This document shows positions 14,771 through 23,329 of a stretch of 64,000 bases of DNA, one piece after another; the stretch's first letter is position 1; each line of letters opens with the position of its first letter. The notes under the pieces were generated by a model. The model was not told where the DNA came from and ran no database searches. It was given only the letters and a program-made list of their open reading frames with translations. Position numbers and translations under genes: made by a program. The stretch is from Elusimicrobiota bacterium (GTDB lineage Bacteria; Elusimicrobiota; Elusimicrobia; JACQPE01), in NCBI GenBank assembly GCA_042563375.1, contig JBHPMF010000002.1:75842-139841 (forward strand). The letters run 5' to 3'.

Positions 14771-15793
14771 TTGATGGTAGGCTTATATATGCCCTATAAA
14801 CCCATATTCACCATTACCCCCCACTTACTCAAGATCATTGAAGATATCTCCACATTCCGGGAAAAGATCCTCTCATCAACCATCCAAGTACCCTGGATCC
14901 CCATGCTTCAAAAAGACACCCGCATCCGCAATGCCCACAGCTCAACCGCGATCGAGGGCAACCCGCTAACTCTTGAGCAAGCGCGCCTTTTAGAAGAAGG
15001 GCAAAAGCTGGCCACCGAGACTGAGCGCTCTCAAAGGGAGATATTCAATTATTTCGCCGGACTTCGTTTTATCGAGAAACATGCCGCGAAAAAGCGGATC
15101 GATCACCAAGATATCCTTCAATTGCATAAGATCATCGCTTCCAATGTCATGGATCAAGGCGCGTCAGGACACTACCGCTCCATGAGGGTCCGCGTAGGCA
15201 TCTATATTCCACCTCCGCCGGAGAATGTTTTCAGTCTCATGTCCGAATTCCTGGCTTGGTGGAATAAAGAATCAAATAAATGGTCGCCTGTGATTACCTC
15301 ATCCATTGTGCATTACCGCTTCGAAGCGATCCATCCTTTTGCTGACGGGAATGGCCGCACAGGTAGATTGCTCGCGTTATGGGAACTGTATCGCAGGGAC
15401 TTTGACATACACCACATCTTCTCCGTGGATGAAGCTTACTGGGAAAACCGGCAACGCTATTACAAATCCCTATCCATGGCGGAAAGAGAGCATGGGGACA
15501 TATCAGGATGGCTGGAATATACAGCCGAAGCGCTTCATCTAACCCTGAAAAAAGTATGGATGCGGATCCAGCGTCTTTCAGCAAGTAAAAAGTCTAAAAA
15601 AATCGTTTTACGGCCAAAACAGGAACAGCTTCTCCAAATACTCAGAGACAAACAAAGCCTGACTCCGGCGGAGATCCGCAAAAGCATAGGCGTTTCCAAG
15701 CAAGGGGCCATGGACTTGCTCAATCCCATGATCAAAGCAGGGCTTATCCGCCGGATTGGCACCAGAAAGTCAGGGAAATACGTCCTGGCATAG
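14771..15793 (+). CDS. Fic-family protein (AMPylase-type), class II, with a C-terminal winged-helix-like domain
   Basis: Fic motif HPFADGNGRTGR. N-terminal inhibitory-helix motif STAIEGN ([S/T]xxxE[G/N]). Position 14771 is TTG; ATG alternatives at 14774 and 14789. Confidence 0.9.
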   Translation: MMVGLYMPYKPIFTITPHLLKIIEDISTFREKILSSTIQVPWIPMLQKDTRIRNAHSSTAIEGNPLTLEQARLLEEGQKLATETERSQREIFNYFAGLRFIEKHAAKKRIDHQDILQLHKIIASNVMDQGASGHYRSMRVRVGIYIPPPPENVFSLMSEFLAWWNKESNKWSPVITSSIVHYRFEAIHPFADGNGRTGRLLALWELYRRDFDIHHIFSVDEAYWENRQRYYKSLSMAEREHGDISGWLEYTAEALHLTLKKVWMRIQRLSASKKSKKIVLRPKQEQLLQILRDKQSLTPAEIRKSIGVSKQGAMDLLNPMIKAGLIRRIGTRKSGKYVLA

Positions 15794-15795
15794 CC

Positions 15796-15834
15796 GCTTG
15801 ACCCATAACTTGACTTATGCTTGACTTATTATCG
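15796..15834. repeat. Right 39-bp direct repeat bracketing the fic gene
   Basis: gcttgacccataacttgacttatgcttgacttattatcg. Starts 3 nt after the fic stop codon. Confidence 0.85.
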
Positions 15835-16235
15835 GTAAAGAAAAGCAGAAATGGGGTACAGACTTCCATATCCAAAGAGAAGCCAGTCCTTGAAAGACGC
15901 TTCGCCCGTAAAAGGTAAGCTCCCGCGCTACGAAAAATCTGCCATCTATAATTTCGCCCTTCTTCTGCCCTGCCCCCTCTTCTTTCTGCTCATTAAGTTT
16001 CCGCCGAGAAACTTGAAAAGAGCGGTATTCTCATTGAGATCCTGAATCAAGTCCAGGATGACAGATAAGATATGTGCACACCCTTTTGTGCCCAAGCGGT
16101 ATGCTCCGCAAGGTATAATTCAGCCCTTCTTTATTTAGCCCTTTATTCATACTGGTACTTTATTCCCGGAATTTATAGGATTTATGGGTACGGCAAGCCC
16201 TGGTTTCCACGGGCTTAGCCAATAGGAGCATTATC

Positions 16236-17552
16236 ATGGACAATAATAAAACACAAAAGATCGACGGATATAAAAAGACTACCTGGCTCGTGCATGGGCC
16301 CGGGAAATCAGGGAAATGGGATTTTTCGCATAATGTTGTTCCCCCTATGTCGTGTACCACAGCTTACAGGGTGGAATCATTAAAGCGCGGAGCCCGCGGT
16401 TTTTCCGAATATGGAACCCCTATGAGCGATAAAGGCGATGCTCCTATATACATTTATGAGCGCATGGATGAGCCGATCCGCTCACTCCTGGAGAGCGATC
16501 TGGCCAAGATGGAAGGCGGGGAAATGGCAGCGACATTCTCATCAGGGATGGCCGCGATCTCCGCTGGCATGGGATTTTTGATGAAGCAGGGAAAAGAGGT
16601 CATAGCGCACCACACTGTTTATGGATGCACGCATTCATTGTTTACCCTTTGGTATCCAAAAATGGGATTTAAGGTAAAGCGCGCTGATTTCTCTGACTTG
16701 AAAGCTGTTAAAAAAGCGATCTCCAAGGACACGAGGATCCTCTATTTTGAGTCACCTGTTAATCCAACTCTCGAACTCATAGATATAGGCGAGCTAAAGA
16801 AGATCGCTGATGCGGCCAATGCCAAGCGCAAGCCTGAAGACAAGGTCATGATCGTGATCGACAACACATTCGCCACACCCTTCTGCCAGAGACCCATAGA
16901 ACACGGAGCTGATATTGTGATCCATTCCCTGACCAAAAACCTCAGCGGATTCGGCACTGAAATCGGCGGAGCAGTCATCTGCCCAAAAAGCATGTATACA
17001 GACCTGATGATGTATCGCAAGGATTTCGGAGGGGTACTGAACTCAAAATCAGCCTGGACCATCAAGGCATACGGCCTTCCCACCCTTCCGGTGCGCCTCA
17101 GGCGCCAGCAGCATTCAGCCATGAAGATAGCAACATGGCTTGAGAACTGCGACTGGACCAAGGAAGTGCGGTATCCGGGATTAAGAAGCTTTAAGTGGAG
17201 AAAGATCGCTGAGAAGCAGATGATAAACTTCGATGGCGAGTTTTCTCCGGGCCAGATGATCTATTTCAAAGTAGATGAGTCCAGGCTCGATCCGGCTGAA
17301 TTCGTGGATGAGATCGCGAGGACCTCGTACGCTATAACGCTTGCTGTAAGCCTTGGTCATGTTAAGACCCTGATAGAGGTGCCTTCCTGCATGACCCACT
17401 CAGCTTACGGAGACGAAGGCGATAAGAAGGAAAGCCACGGCATACGCCTCTCGATCGGCCTTGAAAGCCCTTCTGATATCATGCGGGACATGGAAAACGC
17501 CATGAAAGCCATGATAAAGAAACCTACGGGCAGGAAAACAGCGAGAAGATAG
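16236..17552 (+). CDS. PLP-dependent Cys/Met-metabolism enzyme (cystathionine gamma-synthase / methionine gamma-lyase / O-acylhomoserine sulfhydrylase family)
   Basis: 438 aa. PLP-lysine context VIHSLTKNLSGFG. AGGAG RBS upstream of ATG 16236. Confidence 0.8.
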   Translation: MDNNKTQKIDGYKKTTWLVHGPGKSGKWDFSHNVVPPMSCTTAYRVESLKRGARGFSEYGTPMSDKGDAPIYIYERMDEPIRSLLESDLAKMEGGEMAATFSSGMAAISAGMGFLMKQGKEVIAHHTVYGCTHSLFTLWYPKMGFKVKRADFSDLKAVKKAISKDTRILYFESPVNPTLELIDIGELKKIADAANAKRKPEDKVMIVIDNTFATPFCQRPIEHGADIVIHSLTKNLSGFGTEIGGAVICPKSMYTDLMMYRKDFGGVLNSKSAWTIKAYGLPTLPVRLRRQQHSAMKIATWLENCDWTKEVRYPGLRSFKWRKIAEKQMINFDGEFSPGQMIYFKVDESRLDPAEFVDEIARTSYAITLAVSLGHVKTLIEVPSCMTHSAYGDEGDKKESHGIRLSIGLESPSDIMRDMENAMKAMIKKPTGRKTARR

Positions 17553-17574
17553 GGATAAGGACTCACTTCTTAGT

Positions 17575-17782
17575 CTGTCATTGCGAGACGCTTTACCGCT
17601 CTTCTATATTAAGGAGAAGCGCCGCGGCAATCTCAAAAACACGGAAAGCTCATAATAGGCCCCTGCCTTGCGCATAACACTATAGCAAACACAACATCAT
17701 ATTCTTACGTATTATTTGGGTTTGAGATTGCCACGCCCCGCTTTCTTTATAAATATCAGGGACGCGGAACTCGCAATGACAG
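17575..17782. repeat. Two Family C repeats (GTCATTGCGAG...CAATCTC) in inverted orientation between convergent genes
   Basis: 17575-17637: ctgtcattgcgagacgc...gcggcaatctcaaa. 17721-17782: tttgagattgccacg...ctcgcaatgacag. Other copies at 8457-8480 and 23978-24017. Confidence 0.8.
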
Positions 17783-17797
17783 AAAGGCTATTCCTGG

Positions 17798-18622
17798 TTA
17801 ATTATTCTTCGCTTCTAGTTTATTCTTCTTCTCTTTAAAAACTTCTTCTTTTATCTTAAGGGTGAGCTCACCAAAAAGTGAGAATCGCAGCCATTTAAAA
17901 GCGAATTTCAGGAGCTCTGTATCATCTGTCTCGCATTTCTTCTTTGTTTCTTCATCAATTTCGAACTTATCGAGGAAACTGCTGTTAAAAACGAATTCTC
18001 TGAATTTATCTATGTCATAACACGCCATGAAAAACATTTCAGCTCTTTTGGGAGTAAGACCCTCGCCCTCATAAAAGAACTTATTCAGGGTGATATACTT
18101 AAACTCCTTACCCATCTCGCTATACTCATTGATCCCTTGGTCTTTGAGCCATTCGCCGACTGTCCATTTTTTGGTCTCGTTGAACCCCTCGCATCCGCCT
18201 TCCCTTAGAAGAAAGTAGAATTCCTTATCAAGCTCCGAACCGCCATCCTTAGGCGAAGCCAGACCAAGAGGATACATCCTGCACGGCCATGGCCTGTCAT
18301 TGTAAACACTGCAGCCGTCTTTTTTGACAAGGGGGCAGGCTTTTTTCTCATCATCCCCCATCTTCAAAAGCACAACAGGATATTTCAGATTCTTGTCAAA
18401 AGGCAGGATCGTGTATTTTTTAAGGAAATCCCCTGCTACCATGCCCAAAGCGTTCTTAAGGCGGATGATGTCATACGGGGTCAGGAAGATGTTCACATCA
18501 GCGCAACAATCATTAAAACACTTCACGTTCTTGTGGCATTCAAACGTGAATTCCGAATCTTCAGTAAGCCTCGGATATTCCTTTAAGATCGTTTCCTTAA
18601 GTCGTTTAATTTCTTCTTCCAT
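17798..18622 (-). CDS. YkgJ-family cysteine-cluster protein (putative Zn/Fe-chelating domain)
   Basis: ORF track starts at a GTG at 18652. I prefer ATG 18622, preceded by AAAGGAGAC. Motifs CHKNVKCFNDCC and CPLV..GCSVYNDRPWPCRMYP. Confidence 0.7.
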   Translation of the reverse strand: MEEEIKRLKETILKEYPRLTEDSEFTFECHKNVKCFNDCCADVNIFLTPYDIIRLKNALGMVAGDFLKKYTILPFDKNLKYPVVLLKMGDDEKKACPLVKKDGCSVYNDRPWPCRMYPLGLASPKDGGSELDKEFYFLLREGGCEGFNETKKWTVGEWLKDQGINEYSEMGKEFKYITLNKFFYEGEGLTPKRAEMFFMACYDIDKFREFVFNSSFLDKFEIDEETKKKCETDDTELLKFAFKWLRFSLFGELTLKIKEEVFKEKKNKLEAKNN

Positions 18623-18653
18623 TGTGTTGTCTCCTTTTGGGCATTTTTCCACG

Positions 18654-18763
18654 CTGTCATCCTGAATTTAGTTCAGGATCTCAATAAGAACATTCCTTAT
18701 TGATTTTTTCACGGAATAAAGCAGAAAACTTTATGAGATCCTGAATCAAGTTCAGGATGACAG
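18654..18763. repeat. Full-length Family B MITE-like element (110 bp) with ~35-bp terminal inverted repeats
   Basis: CTGTCATCCTGAATTTAGTTCAGGATCTCAATAAG ... CTTTATGAGATCCTGAATCAAGTTCAGGATGACAG. Second full copy at 57419-57519. Solo ends at 5382, 16036 and 57253. Confidence 0.75.
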
Positions 18764-18772
18764 CAAAATCGA

Positions 18773-19042
18773 TTACTCTTTTATTATCCCTTCACGCATG
18801 GCATCCTCGGACCATACCGGCAAAGGGCCTTTTTCGCCGGTATTGGGATCATAACGGTGCCTGTAAGAAACAGTGTGGCTGTATTTCTCTTTCATCCATT
18901 CCCAGCCTTTCACATAATAAGAACACTCATTATTAAAACACACGTATTGGCCTACGCGGTCCCAGGACGCGCCCTCCGGCGGCATCCATTTAAGCATCTT
19001 TACCCCGCAATGCGGGCATTTAGCGTCTTTGTCGTCTGGCAT
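18773..19042 (-). CDS. Small 4-Cys zinc-ribbon protein, function unknown
   Basis: 89 aa. CPHCG ... CFNNEC. Lies downstream of aprA on the same strand. Confidence 0.5.
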   Translation of the reverse strand: MPDDKDAKCPHCGVKMLKWMPPEGASWDRVGQYVCFNNECSYYVKGWEWMKEKYSHTVSYRHRYDPNTGEKGPLPVWSEDAMREGIIKE

Positions 19043-19117
19043 ATGTCTATATTTTACCTCTTTGGGCCCCCTCCGGCCTTGACCCCACCCATCTTTTTCC
19101 TCGCTTTTCTCCCCATA

Positions 19118-19265
19118 TTCCCTCCCCCTTGAGGGGGGAGGCTAGGTGGGGGTGATAGAGCTTCTCCGCTTATATTTTGCCACTCATCCCCCATCATTTC
19201 ATTTTGGGTGAGGTGGGCTTCCTCTTAATCACCCTCACCCAACCTCTCCCCTCAAGGGAGAGGAG
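19118..19265. repeat. Two Family A repeats in opposite orientation downstream of aprA
   Basis: 19118-19169: ttccctcccccttgaggggggaggctaggtgggggtgatagagcttctccgc. 19206-19265 is the reverse-oriented copy (atcaccctcacccaacctctcccctcaagggagagg). Confidence 0.8.
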
Positions 19266-19309
19266 TAAAAACAACGAGCCCTCCGAACGCTTGCGCGCCC
19301 GGAGGGCTC
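19266..19309 (-). terminator. Probable intrinsic terminator of sat-aprBA
   Basis: 10-bp GC-rich stem GAGCCCTCCG (19276-19285) / CGGAGGGCTC (19300-19309). On the minus strand it is followed by GTTGTTTTTA. Lies 28 nt after the aprA stop. Confidence 0.55.
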
Positions 19310-19336
19310 AAAGTAGTTTATCTTAGGATGCCTTGA

Positions 19337-21205
19337 TCAAAGAACAGAGAGAATTTCTCTCTTATCCATTTTCCATTCGTTCTTTTCGATATTGTAGGTG
19401 CAGTTTGCGAACACCTTCCAATCTTCCTTCATCTGAGGCTTGTCTGATCGGAGATAGTATCCCGGCCAGCGAGTCTCATCTCTGAACAACATGGTTCTCA
19501 TGTGGCTCTCAGCCTGCCATGATCTCTGGATATTCTCCCAGCAGCGCATAAGCTCGTGCAGGTTCTCTGCTGCAAGCTTCTCTGAGTCCTCTTTGAGGAC
19601 ATTAAGGAACTCAAGGCCCCTTGTAAGAAGCTTTTCATTGGTGGTGAAGCTTGTTGAAACTCCGCCTGCGTATTCATCCATGAGCTTTTGTAGCCTGAAC
19701 ATGTACTGCTTGGGACTGATGTAATTCGGGTTGACTGTGGGGTCGGTTGTTTCAGCCTTGTGCTTTTCATAGAGTTCCATAGGTCGCAAGATCCTCTCTT
19801 TAAGAGCTTCGATCTTTTTAGCGTCGACTTCCGGAAGGTCTTTGTTCTCAACCGCGAATTTACACATTGCTTTGCCGGCAATTCTTCCCTCAGCGTGTGA
19901 GCCGGAGGAGAATTTGTGGCTGGAAGCGCCCGTGGCATCGCCTGCCGCGAAAAGGCCTTTAACTGTGGTCATGTTTGTATAACCCCAGAAATAGCCCTTC
20001 GGAGCGATATCTTCAGGTCCGCTCACCCATGCGCCGGAGGCGCCGGAGTGTGAACCAATGAAGTAAGGCTCGCAAGCTGCGATCTCGGATGGCTTCTGCT
20101 CTGGCATTGTGTCTGTTGCTGCCCAAAGTATTGCTTGAGAGATCGTCATGTCAAGAAAGTCTTCCCATGCTTCACTCTCGAGCTCTTTGAGCTTTTTCTT
20201 TCTCTCTTTCTCGTCAGGGACCTGAGAAGAAAGGTTCTTAATGGCTTCTTCTGTTCTCATGTAGATGGGGCCTTTGCCGTCTTTTACATCTAGCATCATA
20301 AGCCAGTTTCTTAGGTTAGCCGGAACGGGCTTAACCATTCCATAAGGTTTCCATTTCTCAAGCTCTGGTCTGTTGGTTTGCATGTAATTCTCGCCGAGTC
20401 CGTTTGTTGCTTGGGACTTAAATAGCAAGAACCACGCTCCAACTGGTCCGTAAGCATCCTTGAAGCGCACCGGAATAAAGCGCACTTCCTGGCATGTCAT
20501 CTCAGCGCCGGCTCGGATCGTGAAATACGCGCTGGCTCCTGAGTTGAACGGTGGATACCATGAACGGCCGAGACCTTCGCCGCCTGATCGCGGTCTGAAG
20601 ATATGTACGGCTCCGCCCATGCAAGCGAGAACTGCTTTTGCCTTAAAGACATAGAATTTGTTCTCGCGGGTGCTAAATCCAACAGCACCTACGCATCGGC
20701 CTTTCTCCACGAGAGGCTCCACGATGAAGACTCTCTCATAGATATTCTCGGTGCCCAAAGCGTTCTTTGCCGCTTCAGCAACGATTACCTTGTATGACTC
20801 ACCGTTGATCATGAGCTGCCATCTGCCTTCATGCACATACTTTCCTTCTGCATCTTTCCAGATTGGCAATCCCCATTTCTCAAATAAGTGGACTGATGAA
20901 TCAACGTGCCTGGCGATGTTGGCCACGAGATCCTCACGGGTGATGCCCATAAGGTCGTTTCGCACGTAGTCAATGTAGTCTTTCAATGTGTTCTGGCCGT
21001 CTTTCAATCCAACGTATTGATTGATGGCTGAAAGGCCCATCGCAACAGCGCCGGAGCGCTCCATTGATGCCTTGTCAACCAGGGCGACCTTGAGTCCATG
21101 TTTCTTGGCCCAGTATGCAGTTTCAACGGCAGCGCCGCAAGCAGCCATACCACCGCCAAGAATCAGGATGTCGCTTTTTACTTCAACTGTTTCGAATTTT
21201 GGCAT
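19337..21205 (-). CDS. aprA: Adenylylsulfate (APS) reductase alpha subunit
   Basis: 622 aa. FAD-binding N-terminus DILILGGGMAACGAAVE. The sequence reads as characteristic AprA throughout. Immediately follows aprB. Confidence 0.95.
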   Translation of the reverse strand: MPKFETVEVKSDILILGGGMAACGAAVETAYWAKKHGLKVALVDKASMERSGAVAMGLSAINQYVGLKDGQNTLKDYIDYVRNDLMGITREDLVANIARHVDSSVHLFEKWGLPIWKDAEGKYVHEGRWQLMINGESYKVIVAEAAKNALGTENIYERVFIVEPLVEKGRCVGAVGFSTRENKFYVFKAKAVLACMGGAVHIFRPRSGGEGLGRSWYPPFNSGASAYFTIRAGAEMTCQEVRFIPVRFKDAYGPVGAWFLLFKSQATNGLGENYMQTNRPELEKWKPYGMVKPVPANLRNWLMMLDVKDGKGPIYMRTEEAIKNLSSQVPDEKERKKKLKELESEAWEDFLDMTISQAILWAATDTMPEQKPSEIAACEPYFIGSHSGASGAWVSGPEDIAPKGYFWGYTNMTTVKGLFAAGDATGASSHKFSSGSHAEGRIAGKAMCKFAVENKDLPEVDAKKIEALKERILRPMELYEKHKAETTDPTVNPNYISPKQYMFRLQKLMDEYAGGVSTSFTTNEKLLTRGLEFLNVLKEDSEKLAAENLHELMRCWENIQRSWQAESHMRTMLFRDETRWPGYYLRSDKPQMKEDWKVFANCTYNIEKNEWKMDKREILSVL

Positions 21206-21226
21206 GTTATATGTTCTCCTTGGTTG

Positions 21227-21682
21227 TTACTTTACGCCTGCCGTTTGCTTTACCTGCGCCAGATCTTTCATACCGTTTGATTCGGGCTCAGTATAGAGCA
21301 ATTGGCTGTTGAGATCGTCCGTCGATTTAAAACCACCGTCTGGTACTGCAGAACCTTCCGGAGTCGTTCTGATCGGGAACTTGAATCTCTTCAGTGTTCC
21401 GCCGCGGAATTTTACTGTCCACATAATGGAATCAGAGCTGCGAAGCGGCGTAACGCTTGCGCCCATAGGAACAAAGTCAGCGTATCCGCGAACTTCGATT
21501 GCCTGTACGGGGCAGATCTTAACGCAGCACATACATTCCCAGCACATGGCCGGGTCTCTATTGAACGCCTTCATGGACTCTTTGTTAAGAGCCATAAGGT
21601 CGTTGGGGCAAATGTGTTGACAAGCTGTCTTGTCGAGTGCTTTACACCCGTCACATTTGCTGGTGATCACGTAACTTGGCAT
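21227..21682 (-). CDS. aprB: Adenylylsulfate reductase beta subunit (2x[4Fe-4S])
   Basis: 151 aa. MPSYVITSKCDGCKALDKTACQHICPNDLM and CWECMCCVKICP. Confidence 0.95.
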   Translation of the reverse strand: MPSYVITSKCDGCKALDKTACQHICPNDLMALNKESMKAFNRDPAMCWECMCCVKICPVQAIEVRGYADFVPMGASVTPLRSSDSIMWTVKFRGGTLKRFKFPIRTTPEGSAVPDGGFKSTDDLNSQLLYTEPESNGMKDLAQVKQTAGVK

Positions 21683-21759
21683 ATATGCCCTCCTTAGTTA
21701 GTTTTTATCTTGCAAGCTAGCTTTTGCAAGTTCTCCCAGTTTAAATCCTGGAAATTTTC

Positions 21760-22983
21760 TTATTTTTTCTGAGTAGCTGTACCGGTCGCATGACCGTGCA
21801 GCTTGATCTCGACTTTCTCGGTGAGAGTTGCGTAATACTTACGCAGGATCTCAAGAACTTCAGGTCGGCTGAATTCCTTGGGAACATCGCCGCCTTCTGA
21901 AAGCGCTTTTCTAAGAGCAGTGCCGCTCAAAAACAGCCTTTCCTCTTTTTTATGCGGGCAAGTCTTCATTGAAGCCATGCCTCCGCATGTATAGCACCAG
22001 AATGTCCAGTCGATCGGCAGCATCTTGCACTTGAGCGCTCCGTCCCAGAGCTTGTGATATGACTCTTGGGCATCGAATGGTCCATAGTAGTTTCCGACTC
22101 CTGCATGGTCGCGCCCGATGATCATATGGGAGCAGCCGAAATTCTGTCGGAAAAGTCCGTGCAGCAATCCTTCGCGAGGACCTGCGTAGCGCATATCAAG
22201 AGGATATCCGCCGACAGCCACTCTGTTCTTATCGAAGTAATGATCAACAAGGGTGTTGATGCAGTCGACTCGAACATCAGCGGGAATGTCTCCGGGTTTA
22301 AGATTGCCTACGAGCTGGTGGATATAGATCCCGTCGCTTACTTCTGTTGCGATTTTCGCGAGGTATTCATGTGAGCGGTGCATAGGGTTGCGCAGCTGCA
22401 ATGCAGCGATCGTCTTCCAGCCTTTTTCTTCAAATATCTTTCGGCTCTCAGACGGCCTCTGATAAAGACCTTTGAACTTCGTCGGGAAATAGCTCTCTGA
22501 CAAGACTTGCACAGTGCCGGCGATGTTGAATTCCTTCTGTCCCATCACCATCTTCACTCCGGGATGTTCCATATCGTTTGTTGTAAAGACATTCTTGCAC
22601 TCGAATTCCTTGTCGATCTTGTATGACTCGGTAACCTTGAGGATAGCCATGGTCTCGTTTGTTTCATCTGAAACAAGAGCCACTTCTGTTCCTGCGGGAA
22701 TCTTCTCGTCATGCGACATGGTGATCGGTATCGGCCAGAAAGTGCCGTTCTTCATTTTCATGTCCTGGCAAACGCCTTTCCAGTCTTCTTGACCCATAAA
22801 GCCGTCAAGAGGAGTGAATCCTCCGATTCCAAGCATAATAAGGTCGCCTGTTTCGCGGGAAGTTACAACGATTTTCTTTAACTTCTCAGCTTTTTTAAGA
22901 CCCTCTTCTTTCTCTTTTCCTTCAAGAAGCAGAACCTTTAACTTATCACTACCGTGAGGTGAGATCAGTGTGTTTTTAGACAT
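21760..22983 (-). CDS. sat: Sulfate adenylyltransferase (ATP sulfurylase)
   Basis: 407 aa. [11 protein letters not shown] and GRDHAGVG motifs. First gene of sat-aprB-aprA. Confidence 0.95.
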   Translation of the reverse strand: MSKNTLISPHGSDKLKVLLLEGKEKEEGLKKAEKLKKIVVTSRETGDLIMLGIGGFTPLDGFMGQEDWKGVCQDMKMKNGTFWPIPITMSHDEKIPAGTEVALVSDETNETMAILKVTESYKIDKEFECKNVFTTNDMEHPGVKMVMGQKEFNIAGTVQVLSESYFPTKFKGLYQRPSESRKIFEEKGWKTIAALQLRNPMHRSHEYLAKIATEVSDGIYIHQLVGNLKPGDIPADVRVDCINTLVDHYFDKNRVAVGGYPLDMRYAGPREGLLHGLFRQNFGCSHMIIGRDHAGVGNYYGPFDAQESYHKLWDGALKCKMLPIDWTFWCYTCGGMASMKTCPHKKEERLFLSGTALRKALSEGGDVPKEFSRPEVLEILRKYYATLTEKVEIKLHGHATGTATQKK

Positions 22984-23065
22984 TTTTCCTACCTTTGTTT
23001 AAGTATTTAGTTTGGGTAAAAACCCTTGTGATGGCGAAGATCGGTGGGGGTCTTTGCTCCCTCGT

Positions 23066-23117
23066 TTCTAGATATGCTCTAGAATAAAATTTTTACTTTT
23101 TTCCCCTCCCTTGTCAA
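23066..23117 (-). promoter_or_regulatory. Putative sat promoter with a palindromic operator candidate
   Basis: Minus strand reads TTGACA (23117-23112), 16-17 nt, TAAAAAT, then the inverted repeat TTCTAGA-N5-TCTAGAA (23066-23084) near the predicted transcription start. Confidence 0.35.
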
Positions 23118-23160
23118 TAGCAATGGACAATAAAATACGGGCTGAATAGCGACCTTCTAA

Positions 23161-23220
23161 TCCCCTCTTTCCCCTCTCCCTTGAGGGGAGAGGGCAGGGT
23201 GAGGGTGATAAAGCTTCTCC
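23161..23220. repeat. Family A repeat in the sat / hypF divergent intergenic region
   Basis: tcccctctttcccctctcccttgaggggagagggcagggtgagggtgataaagcttctcc. Confidence 0.8.
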
Positions 23221-23329
23221 TTACGAGAAAATGATTTCCGCCGTAAAATAAATCATCATCAATTCAAAGCCTGTGCTTGTTTTAGATAGCCGGCCCCAAA
23301 CAACCTCATCTATAACTTAAAATTGAGAC

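Noticed and set aside
16046-16235. Riboswitch (SAM-type) upstream of the Cys/Met-metabolism PLP enzyme
   Set aside because: Only a simple hairpin (AAGCCC..GGGCTT) lies near the RBS. I could not find any conserved SAM-I/II/SAH core sequence. Part of the region is repeat-derived.
21709-21730. Short hairpin CTTGCAA..TTGCAAG between sat and aprB, considered as an attenuator
   Set aside because: The stem is only 7 bp with an asymmetric interior. That is insufficient to claim a regulatory role from sequence alone.
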